In this document: positions 55,015 to 63,677 of the stretch, in pieces
Position numbering within the stretch: position 1 is the first letter of the stretch
Layout of the letters: each line of letters begins with the position of its first letter
Source: an uncultured Muribaculaceae bacterium
GTDB lineage: Bacteria > Bacillota_I > Bacilli_A > RF39 > UBA660
DNA: 64,000 nt
Reading direction: 5' to 3'
Assembly: GCA_964408085.1 (NCBI GenBank)
Contig: CAYOYB010000004.1
Coordinates: 1,057-65,056, forward strand
Position numbers and translations under genes: made by a program
Notes under the pieces: model-generated
What the model was told of the DNA's origin: nothing
Database searches by the model: none
The model's input: the letters and a program-made list of their open reading frames with translations, nothing else

Positions 55015-56226
55015 TTATTTTTCTTTAACCATTACAATCTGAGCATTACCATATGTATCTTCAATTGTTTCTTCTGTTTTGTCATTATATTCAAATGTTA
55101 TACTTCTTATATAAGCATAGCCTTCTTCATAACTATAGCTTTCTACTTTTTTAGAACTATATAACTCTGCAACATAGTTATCTCCATTTTTAGTTGCTGT
55201 TAATTTATACAAATAACCATCTGTACCTAAAATATAAAAACCATTACTATACAAAACAACTTGAGCTTGAATTCTCTCATTATTAGAATTAACAATATAT
55301 TGATTATAGTTGTAATTATCACAAAGCTGAGCATCTAAAGAAGAAGATATTGATAAATAACTTAAAAAACCATCTTTATAAATTAAAACATATTCTTTTT
55401 TTGTATTATTTGGATCTGAAATATCTGAATAATAACTATAAGTCAAATAATCACCACTTTTAGTATTTGAACAATATACAATATTATAATAATCATTATT
55501 ATTAGTTACACCTAAAACTGAACGTGCCTTATCGCTCTGTTCTACTCTATTACCACCATAAGTAATATTAACAAATTTATTATCAGTTTCAAATTTTTCA
55601 GCTTCTCCTACTATAGTATCATTAATATCCCCTTTATAAATATTTCCTTCTTCTGTTAAAATAATATAATAATACATAGATGCAACACCATAACTTACAG
55701 ATGTAATATATTTTGCTTGTTCACCATTTATATTTATCATAGTTGGTTCACAATTTTGTCCACACTCTTCCAAATAATAACCAACATTTTTATTTTCGTC
55801 TATTTCAACTATAATTCCAGTATCCTCAGTTTTAATTTTAGTATCAGTAATTGGTTTATAAACATCAACTAATTTATCATTTAAAACATAATTAACATTC
55901 TCACTATCATAATTATTATTTTGATTGTTATTATCATCAATATTATTGTCTATAGAAGTATTTGGAGTATCAGGAGTAGTAGGTTCATTATTACTATTAT
56001 TGTATTTTATAATAATAGCATAAACTAAAAAGCCGCAAATAATTAAAAGTAAAAAAACTAAAATAGCAATTAAAGCTTTATTACTTTTTTTATTATTAAC
56101 ATTTTTTGCTTCGCCTAAATTTTCCTGTTTTATAGTTGATGAATCCACATTATTAACTGGTTCACCACAATTACTACAAACCTTATCTTCAGGTTTTAAC
56201 ACATTACCACATTTTTTACAATTCAT
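55015..56226 (-). CDS. zinc-ribbon / single-TM / extracytoplasmic-domain protein
   Basis: N-terminus MNCKKCGNVL...CSNCGEP, a TM helix (ALIAILVFLLLIICGFLVYAIII), and a C-terminal domain of about 300 aa. Confidence 0.55.
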   Translation of the reverse strand: MNCKKCGNVLKPEDKVCSNCGEPVNNVDSSTIKQENLGEAKNVNNKKSNKALIAILVFLLLIICGFLVYAIIIKYNNSNNEPTTPDTPNTSIDNNIDDNNNQNNNYDSENVNYVLNDKLVDVYKPITDTKIKTEDTGIIVEIDENKNVGYYLEECGQNCEPTMININGEQAKYITSVSYGVASMYYYIILTEEGNIYKGDINDTIVGEAEKFETDNKFVNITYGGNRVEQSDKARSVLGVTNNNDYYNIVYCSNTKSGDYLTYSYYSDISDPNNTKKEYVLIYKDGFLSYLSISSSLDAQLCDNYNYNQYIVNSNNERIQAQVVLYSNGFYILGTDGYLYKLTATKNGDNYVAELYSSKKVESYSYEEGYAYIRSITFEYNDKTEETIEDTYGNAQIVMVKEK

Positions 56227-56449
56227 ATAATTCTCCCCTTTTTACTTTATAATCATTATAGCATAATTATTTTTTTATATAATATTATAATTCACAAATA
56301 TATTAAAATTATACAATTGTTTGTCACCTACTAGAAAAAGCACTTCAATATATAAACTTTGCATAAAAAATCATATATATTCTTTTATAAATATGATAAC
56401 GCCATTCTTATAATTAATACAAAAAATAGAATTAAATGATTTAATTCTA

Positions 56450-56998
56450 TTAGTATTCATAAATACCCAAAATTTTATCTTCATCTAGACTAGAAATCTT
56501 ATCTAATTGCCATTTATCATCAATCTTCGTTAGCGTCAAATCTAAAGTATACTTAACTTTATCTTTAACACCTTCTAAAAGAGAAAGACGATAATCAATA
56601 AATTTTTCTTGACTATATTTATTATCTTCATCTAAAAATTCTTCCATATGTTCTTCTAAATAAGAATTAGCATTAGCAATCGTCTTTGAATAATCATAGA
56701 CTTCAATTTCAACTGTTACTGTTGCTGTATCACCATCTATTCTTTCGTCTTTTATATCATAAACTAGATTTTTATAGTGATTTTTCATAATGTCTTTATA
56801 TTTTTCTTTTTGCGTTTCATTCATTGAATTATCAGTTGCTAAAACATTATTTAAATCTTCAATTACATCTTTATTTAATGTTTGATAATTCATAAAAAAC
56901 ATTTCAGCCTGTTTAGTTGGTGTATTATTTAATGTTTCACCACATCCACTTAATAATATTGTTAGCGACATCAAAAATGGTATTATTATTTTTTTCAT
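56450..56998 (-). CDS. lipoprotein
   Basis: 182 aa with lipobox ILLSGCGE. Confidence 0.6.
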   Translation of the reverse strand: MKKIIIPFLMSLTILLSGCGETLNNTPTKQAEMFFMNYQTLNKDVIEDLNNVLATDNSMNETQKEKYKDIMKNHYKNLVYDIKDERIDGDTATVTVEIEVYDYSKTIANANSYLEEHMEEFLDEDNKYSQEKFIDYRLSLLEGVKDKVKYTLDLTLTKIDDKWQLDKISSLDEDKILGIYEY

Positions 56999-57142
56999 AT
57001 TTTCCCTCCATTTTTATAATGAATCAAATAAAGAAAAAATATGCTTAATACTTTACAAAATTTATATTTTTACTGTAAACAATTATTAATAAGTAATTTT
57101 CATAAATAAGAAGTATGCTAAAATAAAAATAGGTGAAAACTT

Positions 57143-58006
57143 ATGAAGAAAAAAGTGTTAACAATTTTAATGCTAGTTATTTTATTTTTGGGAATCATTT
57201 ATAAACCAATTATTATTAAGGCTGATTCAGGATTTGATTCTAGTTATGATAGTGGTAGTTCATCAAGTAGTTCATCAGACTGGAGTTCATCAGATTGGAA
57301 TTCATATGGTGTTTCTCATCAAAATTCCCCGTATAATACTATATCTGTGATTATAATTGCCTCTTTAATTGCAATAGTATATATAATAGCATTTAGAAGA
57401 GTAATAAAAACAATTAAAGAAACAATTAATGAACAGATAGAGGCAAGTTATCTACTAAAATTAACTACTGAAGAGATTCAAACTAAACTACCTAATTTAA
57501 ATATAGAAGAATTTAATAAAATTGTATTTAATAATTACAAAGAGATTCAAATAGCTTGGATGAATTTTGATTTAGATACAATTAAAAATCTAGTAAGTGA
57601 CGAAATATACAATATGTATTCAATGCAGTTAGACACATTAAAAGTTAAAGGTCAAAAAAATATGATGGAAAATATTAATTATGTAGATAACTATATATGT
57701 AATATAACAATAGAAAATGATATAACAACTATTAGTACAATTCTATCTGTCACTTGTTATGATTATATTGTTGATAATAATAACAAAGTTATTAGAGGAA
57801 GCAAAAATAAAGAATTATATTATACATATAGATTAACATTCACTAAAAATAGTATTGATAAAAATATAGATAATTGTCCTAATTGTGGCGCCAAAATTAA
57901 TTCTAAGAAAGATACAAAATGTCATTATTGTGGTGCAACTATAGTTAATAACAATTCAGAATGGATTATGACGAAGAAAGAAATGTTAGGACAACAAACA
58001 AAATAA
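57143..58006 (+). CDS. Tim44-like domain membrane protein with Ser-rich repeat and zinc ribbon (paralog 4)
   Basis: N-terminus LVILFLGIIYKPIIIKADSGFDSSYDSGSS is almost identical to paralog 1. C-terminal domain and CPNCGA...CHYCGA are highly similar to 51796-52818. Confidence 0.6.
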   Translation: MKKKVLTILMLVILFLGIIYKPIIIKADSGFDSSYDSGSSSSSSSDWSSSDWNSYGVSHQNSPYNTISVIIIASLIAIVYIIAFRRVIKTIKETINEQIEASYLLKLTTEEIQTKLPNLNIEEFNKIVFNNYKEIQIAWMNFDLDTIKNLVSDEIYNMYSMQLDTLKVKGQKNMMENINYVDNYICNITIENDITTISTILSVTCYDYIVDNNNKVIRGSKNKELYYTYRLTFTKNSIDKNIDNCPNCGAKINSKKDTKCHYCGATIVNNNSEWIMTKKEMLGQQTK

Positions 58007-58036
58007 GTATAGACTAAAAATCTATACTTATTTTTT
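58005..58036. terminator. terminator hairpin between the Tim44-like gene and aspS
   Basis: AAGTATAG-ACTAAAAAT-CTATACTT followed by ATTTTTT. Confidence 0.55.
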
Positions 58037-59785
58037 CTATCTAACTTTTATATGAACTTCTCTTAATTGTTGTTCTGTTACCTCAGTTGGTGAACCCATT
58101 AACATATCAGCTCCACTTGCTGTCATTGGGAACGCTATTGTTTCACGAATACTTGTTTCATCTTTAAGTAACATTAACATTCTATCAATTCCAATTGCCA
58201 TACCTGCATGTGGTGGTGCGCCATATTGGAAAGCTGTATATAACGACTTAAATTTATCTTTAAGTGTTTCTTCATCATAACCAGCAATTTCAAAAGCTTT
58301 CTTCATAATTTCGATATCATGATTTCTGACAGCTCCACTAACTAATTCAATACCATTACAAACAAAATCATATTGATATGCTAAAACATCTTCTGGATTT
58401 TTGGTATTTAAACTTTCCATACCACCTTGTGGCATACTGAATGGATTATGTGTAAATATATAATGATTAACATCACTATCATACTCAAACATTGGGAAAT
58501 CATTGATAATACAAAATTCAAAGCGATTAGAATCTAATAAATCTAATTTACGACCTAACTCTAGTCTTATTTGACCAGCTTGTTTACTAGCTTGTAATTC
58601 ATTTTTATCAGCGATAAAAAATAATACGCTACCAATATTTAAATTAGCTCTTTCAATTAAATCACTTTTATCTTTTTCTGTTAAAAATTTATCAATAGGT
58701 CCTTTAAAACTCATATCATCTTGAACAGTAATATAACCAATTCCTGGCATACCAATACTTTTAGCGTAATCAACAACCTCATTAAACCAACTATTTGATT
58801 TACTAGCTAAATCATCGACTTTAATTCCACGAACAGTTACACCTTTAAATGGTTTAAATTCTGAATTTTCAAAAATATCACTTAAATCAATTATTTCAAA
58901 AGGAATTCTTAAATCTGGTTTATCAGAACCATATTTTAACATAGCTTCACGATAAGGAATACGTCTAAATGGTGTTTCAGACATTTTTTTATCACTGAAC
59001 TTAGCAAATACATCTTTAAATATTTGCTCACCTACCCCATAAACATCCTCTTCTTCAGCAAAAGCCATTTCAAAATCCAATTGATAAAACTCCCCATAAA
59101 CACGATCTGATCTAGCATCCTCATCTCTAAAACAAGGGGCAACTTGAAAATATTTATCAAATCCACTGACCATTAAAAGTTGTTTAAAAATTTGTGGTGC
59201 TTGTGGTAAAGCATAGAATTTTCCATGGAAAAGTCGTGATGGAACGATAAAATCTCTTGCCCCCTCTGGTGATGACGCAGTTAAGATTGGTGTTTGAATT
59301 TCTGTAAACCCTAAATCTTCCATTTCATGTCTTAAAAATTTAATAACATCTGATCTAAAAATAATATTATCATGAACTTTCTTATTTCTTAAATCTAAAT
59401 AACGATACTTAAGTCTAACTTCTTCGCTACTTTCTTTTGATGTCATAACTTCAAATGGTAAAACATTTTTAGCTTTACCTAAAACATCAATACTTTCTAC
59501 GACTACTTCAACTTCTCCAGATTTTAAACGAGGGTTATAATCTTCTTCATTTCTTTTTCTAACCACACCATTTAAACAAACAGTTGATTCACGAGTTAAT
59601 CCATCAAAAATAGAATCATCATTACTTACAACTTGAACAGTTCCTTTTTCATCACGAATATCAAGAAATATTACGCCACCATGGTCACGAATATTTTCAA
59701 TCCATCCAGAAAATTTAACTTGCTTCCCAACATAATCATTATTTATATCACCACAGTAACAATTACGATATTTATTTTCTCTCAT
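58037..59785 (-). CDS. aspS: aspartyl-tRNA synthetase (bacterial type)
   Basis: 582 aa. N-terminal OB fold. Class II motifs: FYQLDFEMAF region, GAPPHAGMAIGIDRMLMLL. A GAD-like insertion is present. Confidence 0.95.
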   Translation of the reverse strand: MRENKYRNCYCGDINNDYVGKQVKFSGWIENIRDHGGVIFLDIRDEKGTVQVVSNDDSIFDGLTRESTVCLNGVVRKRNEEDYNPRLKSGEVEVVVESIDVLGKAKNVLPFEVMTSKESSEEVRLKYRYLDLRNKKVHDNIIFRSDVIKFLRHEMEDLGFTEIQTPILTASSPEGARDFIVPSRLFHGKFYALPQAPQIFKQLLMVSGFDKYFQVAPCFRDEDARSDRVYGEFYQLDFEMAFAEEEDVYGVGEQIFKDVFAKFSDKKMSETPFRRIPYREAMLKYGSDKPDLRIPFEIIDLSDIFENSEFKPFKGVTVRGIKVDDLASKSNSWFNEVVDYAKSIGMPGIGYITVQDDMSFKGPIDKFLTEKDKSDLIERANLNIGSVLFFIADKNELQASKQAGQIRLELGRKLDLLDSNRFEFCIINDFPMFEYDSDVNHYIFTHNPFSMPQGGMESLNTKNPEDVLAYQYDFVCNGIELVSGAVRNHDIEIMKKAFEIAGYDEETLKDKFKSLYTAFQYGAPPHAGMAIGIDRMLMLLKDETSIRETIAFPMTASGADMLMGSPTEVTEQQLREVHIKVR

Positions 59786-59787
59786 AA

Positions 59788-61248
59788 TTACCTCTTTTCA
59801 ATTTCACTAATCATCATGTTTCTTGTCATTGCTGGATTAGCTTGACCTTTTGTCTTTTTCATAACTTGACCTACTAAAAAGTCCACAATATTAGTTCTTC
59901 CTTGTTTATAAGTAACAATAGCGTCTGGTTGTTCATCAAGTACTTCAGTAACAATTTTTAAAATTTCATCTTCGCCACCAATTTGTTTAATACCTAAATC
60001 TTCTACAATAGCGCTAGGATCTTTTTTGTCTTCTAAAGATTTATAAAAAACTTCTTTACTTTGTTTTGAAGAAATCTTACCATCTTCTATCATTTTAATT
60101 AAATCTACTAACATTTGAGGAGTAAAGAATAAATCCTTTATTTCCATTTCATTTTTATTTAAGTAACCCAAAATAATACTAGTAACCCAGTTAGAAGCTG
60201 ACTTAGGATTAGCTCCTAATTTAATGGCTTCTTCATAATAATCAGCGACATCTTTTTCTTTAACAATTATTGTGGCGTCATAATTAGAAATACCATATTC
60301 ATTAATATATTTTTCTTTTCTCTCTGGTGCAAGTTCTGGTATAGATGCTTTTATACTTTCTAACCATTCTTGCGACAACTTAAATTTTGGTAAATTTGGT
60401 TCAATAAAATATTTATAGTCAATGGCATCTACTTTACTTCGCATATAAATAGTTGTACCTGACTCTTCATCCCAACGTCTTGTTTGTTGTTCCATTTTAT
60501 CATATTCGCCAGATTCTTTAAGTTCAATTTGTCTTTCAATTTCATAATTAATCGCATCTCTAACGCCACCAAAAGAATTGACATTTTTGATTTCAACTTT
60601 AGTTCCCCAATTTTCTTCTTTGGTTTCATCTAAGTTTTCATCCATAATAGATACATTGACGTCACATCTAATTTGTCCTTTTTTACTATCTGCTTCACTA
60701 ATACCTGCATATTGATAAATAGACCTCATTGTCTCTAAAAAAGAAACTGCTTCTTTAGCTGAATGAAAATCTGGATAAGTAACTAACTCTAAAAGTGGTA
60801 CACCTGCTCTATTATAGTCAATAGTTGAAACAGTTGCATAATGGTCAGTACTTGCAGCATCTTCCTCTAAGTGAATATTATTAATACGAACTGTTTTTAA
60901 TTCATCATCACATTCATAAGTTAAACTACCATATATACCAACTGGAGCTGGTTTTGTTTCTTGTGTAATTTGAAAGCCCTTTGGTAAGTCAGGATAATAA
61001 TAATTTTTTCTTTCAAAATAAATATATTCAGGTTGCTTACAATTTAAAATAATACTAGCCATTAAAGCTTTTTTTATTGCTTCTTTATTTACAACTGGTA
61101 AAGTACCTGGGAAGGCCATATCAACAGGACGAATATTGCTATTAGGTATATCACTATAAGAGTTGGCAGCACCAGAGAAAACTTTTGTCTTAGTTTCACT
61201 AATTTCACAGTGCATTTCTAAACCAATTAGAACTTTATAACCATTCAT
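59788..61248 (-). CDS. gatB: Asp/Glu-tRNA amidotransferase subunit B
   Basis: 486 aa. VLIGLEMHCEI start, DYNRAGVPLLE, and a C-terminal YqeY-like tail. Confidence 0.95.
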   Translation of the reverse strand: MNGYKVLIGLEMHCEISETKTKVFSGAANSYSDIPNSNIRPVDMAFPGTLPVVNKEAIKKALMASIILNCKQPEYIYFERKNYYYPDLPKGFQITQETKPAPVGIYGSLTYECDDELKTVRINNIHLEEDAASTDHYATVSTIDYNRAGVPLLELVTYPDFHSAKEAVSFLETMRSIYQYAGISEADSKKGQIRCDVNVSIMDENLDETKEENWGTKVEIKNVNSFGGVRDAINYEIERQIELKESGEYDKMEQQTRRWDEESGTTIYMRSKVDAIDYKYFIEPNLPKFKLSQEWLESIKASIPELAPERKEKYINEYGISNYDATIIVKEKDVADYYEEAIKLGANPKSASNWVTSIILGYLNKNEMEIKDLFFTPQMLVDLIKMIEDGKISSKQSKEVFYKSLEDKKDPSAIVEDLGIKQIGGEDEILKIVTEVLDEQPDAIVTYKQGRTNIVDFLVGQVMKKTKGQANPAMTRNMMISEIEKR

Positions 61249-62705
61249 TATTCTACCTCCTTAGCAATTTGATTTTTGTAATCCATTGAACTTTCTAAAG
61301 CATACGCAATATTTAATACATTAGCATCATCATAACAGTTTCCAGTTATATTAACACCAACTGGCAAATTATTAACAAAACCATTTGGAATTGTAATAGA
61401 TGGAAAACCACCAAAATTTCCAATTTGTAAATGTTCTTCTAAAATTTGAGTACTTGCATCTAAAATATCTAAAGAACCATCTAAGTGTTTAGCAGGACCA
61501 CTTCCAACTGGTAAAATAACAGCGTCATATTTTTCATAAAGTTTTTTCCACTCATCAACCAATAATCTTCTAACTCTTTGAGCATTAAAGAAATAACGAT
61601 TTTTATTTTGTGCTTGTAATACATAAGAGCCAATTACAAATCTTCTTTTAATAAGTGGTGAGAAACCTTCAGTACGATAATTTTTCATCATCTCAATATA
61701 ATTTTTACCTTCACCACGTGGACCAAAAATAATACCTGTTAAATTTGACATATTACTTGTTGCCTCAGCACATGATATAACAACATAAACACTTGCTACA
61801 GCATTAAGCAATTTTTTATCAATAGAAACTTCTTCAATTTCCATACCTAATTCACGACATTTATCAAGTGTTTTCTTAAAATTTTCTAAATGACTTTTCA
61901 ATTCATCACTAGCATTAGGATAATTTTCGATATCACAAATTTCTTTAACATAACATAATTTTTTACCTTTAACATCACCATTTAAAGAATCAGCCAAATG
62001 AATATCACTAGAGTCCCAACTAGTCATATCATTTTTGTCAATTCCTTTCATATTGTCAGCAACAATAGCGGCATCTAAAACACATCTAGATAAAACACCA
62101 CAGTGATCTAAACTACTAGCAAAAGGAAACAAACCATATCGTGAAATCATTCCATAAGTAGGTTTATAACCAACAATTCCACAATATGCTGCTGGCTTTC
62201 TTATCGAGTCTCCTGTATCACTACCAGTAGCATATGGGTACACCCCAGCTGCTACTGCACAAGCACTACCTGCAGAAGAACCAGCACACATTCTTGTTTT
62301 ATCCCATGGATTTCTAACCATTCCTGTATGACCAGTTGTACCTGTTCCACCCATACCAAATTCATCTAAAACTGTTTTATTAACAGCTACTGCTCCAGAA
62401 TGCTCCAAATTTTTAATAGCGGTTGCTGTAAAAAAAGGAACATAATCTTTTAAAGTATTTGATGAACCAGTACTTAAAATACCTTTAGTACTATAATTAT
62501 CTTTAATACCATAAGGAATACCTGATAATAAATTATCTGTAACATTACTACCCTTAGCGTCATCTAAAATTGTAACAAACGCATTATACTTATCCTGAAT
62601 TTCATGAGATTTTTTTAAAGATTCCCTAACTAATTCATCACTAGTAACAACACCATTTTTTAAATCCTCATGTAGTTCTTTAATTGTTTTTTCCATATAA
62701 CTCAT
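61248..62705 (-). CDS. gatA: Asp/Glu-tRNA amidotransferase subunit A
   Basis: 485 aa. Amidase signature: GGTGTTG..., CAGSSAGSACAVAAG, GSDTGDSIRKPAAYCG. Confidence 0.95.
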   Translation of the reverse strand: MSYMEKTIKELHEDLKNGVVTSDELVRESLKKSHEIQDKYNAFVTILDDAKGSNVTDNLLSGIPYGIKDNYSTKGILSTGSSNTLKDYVPFFTATAIKNLEHSGAVAVNKTVLDEFGMGGTGTTGHTGMVRNPWDKTRMCAGSSAGSACAVAAGVYPYATGSDTGDSIRKPAAYCGIVGYKPTYGMISRYGLFPFASSLDHCGVLSRCVLDAAIVADNMKGIDKNDMTSWDSSDIHLADSLNGDVKGKKLCYVKEICDIENYPNASDELKSHLENFKKTLDKCRELGMEIEEVSIDKKLLNAVASVYVVISCAEATSNMSNLTGIIFGPRGEGKNYIEMMKNYRTEGFSPLIKRRFVIGSYVLQAQNKNRYFFNAQRVRRLLVDEWKKLYEKYDAVILPVGSGPAKHLDGSLDILDASTQILEEHLQIGNFGGFPSITIPNGFVNNLPVGVNITGNCYDDANVLNIAYALESSMDYKNQIAKEVE

Positions 62706-62706
62706 A

Positions 62707-63006
62707 CTATTCCACCACCTTTGGCACTTCTACTTCACGGTCATTATAGACATCACAGTTTTGAAGTAATTCATCAATTGGTGTTGATTCCTCAACTTCA
62801 TCTTCTCTTAACTCAAATGAAAAATTATCTAAACACCAAGACATTGGCTCAACATCTTCAATATTTGGTACTTTAGTAATAATATCAATATCAATATCGA
62901 TTACTCCAAATTCATCTAATATCATCTTATTTTCTTCTTTTGTTAGATCGATTAATAACTTATCAGCTAAATCATCAACAATCTCACTCGTAAATTTATT
63001 CTCCAT
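62707..63006 (-). CDS. gatC: Asp/Glu-tRNA amidotransferase subunit C
   Basis: Start moved to MENKFTSE (AGGAGG RBS). Small acidic protein immediately upstream of gatA. Confidence 0.8.
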   Translation of the reverse strand: MENKFTSEIVDDLADKLLIDLTKEENKMILDEFGVIDIDIDIITKVPNIEDVEPMSWCLDNFSFELREDEVEESTPIDELLQNCDVYNDREVEVPKVVE

Positions 63007-63025
63007 GATAATCCTCCTTTTATAT

Positions 63026-63055
63026 AAAAAATTCCTGAACGACAAAATTCAGAAA
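63026..63055 (-). terminator. weak AU-rich hairpin + U6 between the tRNA-Asn array and gatC
   Basis: On the - strand, UUUCUGAA-UUUUGUCG-UUCAGGAA (8 bp including one G.U) is followed by UUUUUU. There is no room for a promoter before the gatC RBS. Confidence 0.45.
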
Positions 63056-63070
63056 TTTTATTAACAAATA

Positions 63071-63146
63071 TGGCGCCTGATGTAGGACTCGGACCTACGA
63101 CCTACCGGTTAACAGCCGGGTGCTCTACCAACTGAGCTAATCAGGC
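63071..63146 (-). tRNA. tRNA-Asn (anticodon GTT), copy 3 in transcription order
   Basis: Reverse complement is GCCTGATTAGCTCAGTTGGTAGAGCACCCGGCTGTTAACCGGTAGGTCGTAGGTCCGAGTCCTACATCAGGCGCCA. Cloverleaf with CT-GTT-AA anticodon loop; CCA encoded. Confidence 0.92.
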
Positions 63147-63152
63147 AATAAG

Positions 63153-63228
63153 TGGCGCTCAATGTAGGACTCGGACCTACGACCTGCCGGTTAACAGCCG
63201 GATGCTCTACCAACTGAGCTAATTGAGC
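63153..63228 (-). tRNA. tRNA-Asn (anticodon GTT), variant copy
   Basis: Same length and anticodon. Acceptor stem is GCTCAAT/ATTGAGC instead of GCCTGAT/ATCAGGC (compensated changes), with further changes around the anticodon stem and variable region (CATCCGG...CCGGCAG vs CACCCGG...CCGGTAG). Confidence 0.92.
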
Positions 63229-63233
63229 AGATA

Positions 63234-63309
63234 TGGCGCCTGATGTAGGACTCGGACCTACGACCTACCGGTTAACAGCCGGGTGCTCTACCAACTGAGC
63301 TAATCAGGC
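63234..63309 (-). tRNA. tRNA-Asn (anticodon GTT), copy 1 in transcription order
   Basis: Identical in sequence to 63071-63146. Confidence 0.92.
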
Positions 63310-63317
63310 AAATAACT

Positions 63318-63586
63318 AAAAAAACAGCTATTTCATCCACTTAAGGACGAATAACTGTGTATCCGCGGTACCACCCTTATTATTATATATCACTATATAA
63401 TCACTCATTGTTCTTCTGAACTTGCAATGGTAACGGATCACAGTCCGACTTATTCTACTTTCAAGAGATTTCGATAAGTAACTCCGTGGTGTTATTCATA
63501 TTAGCCACAATGTTAGTTCTCACCATTCTAACTCTCTTTAAATAGAAACTAATATTACTTCTCCACTTCACAGTTTTAAAATAACT
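63318..63586 (-). promoter_or_regulatory. T-box riboswitch leader, specifier candidate AAC (Asn)
   Basis: On the - strand: T-box AAGGGTGGTACCGCG (63364-63378) and F-box CCGTTA (63431-63436). Stem I spans 63480-63575, with K-turn-like GUGAA/GGA, specifier loop AGAAGUA // GAAU-AAC-A, AG bulge AGAGA, and distal loop AAUGGUGAGAA closed by GUUAG/CUAAC. The terminator is a stem of about 14 bp followed by U7 (63318-63358). Confidence 0.85.
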
Positions 63587-63592
63587 AGATAT

Positions 63593-63621
63593 AGTATATA
63601 ATAATTGGCTAATGTTGTCAA
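63593..63621 (-). promoter_or_regulatory. promoter of the T-box leader
   Basis: On the - strand: TTGACA (63616-63621), 17 nt, TATACT (63593-63598). Confidence 0.65.
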
Positions 63622-63677
63622 CAGATTTATATTAAAAATTTTGTATTACTTATAATATATATTTGAATAAAATAATC

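Noticed and set aside
63460-63540. Alternative T-box Stem I pairing (AAGAGA/TCTCTT) and alternative specifiers (AGU after GAA at about 63457-63462, AUC at about 63463-63470)
   Set aside because: That pairing leaves the AGAGA box, the GGUGAGA loop and the S-turn motifs in the wrong places. The fold with AAC in the specifier loop reproduces the canonical order: K-turn, specifier loop, AG bulge, distal loop, Stem II. It still needs confirmation by a covariance model.
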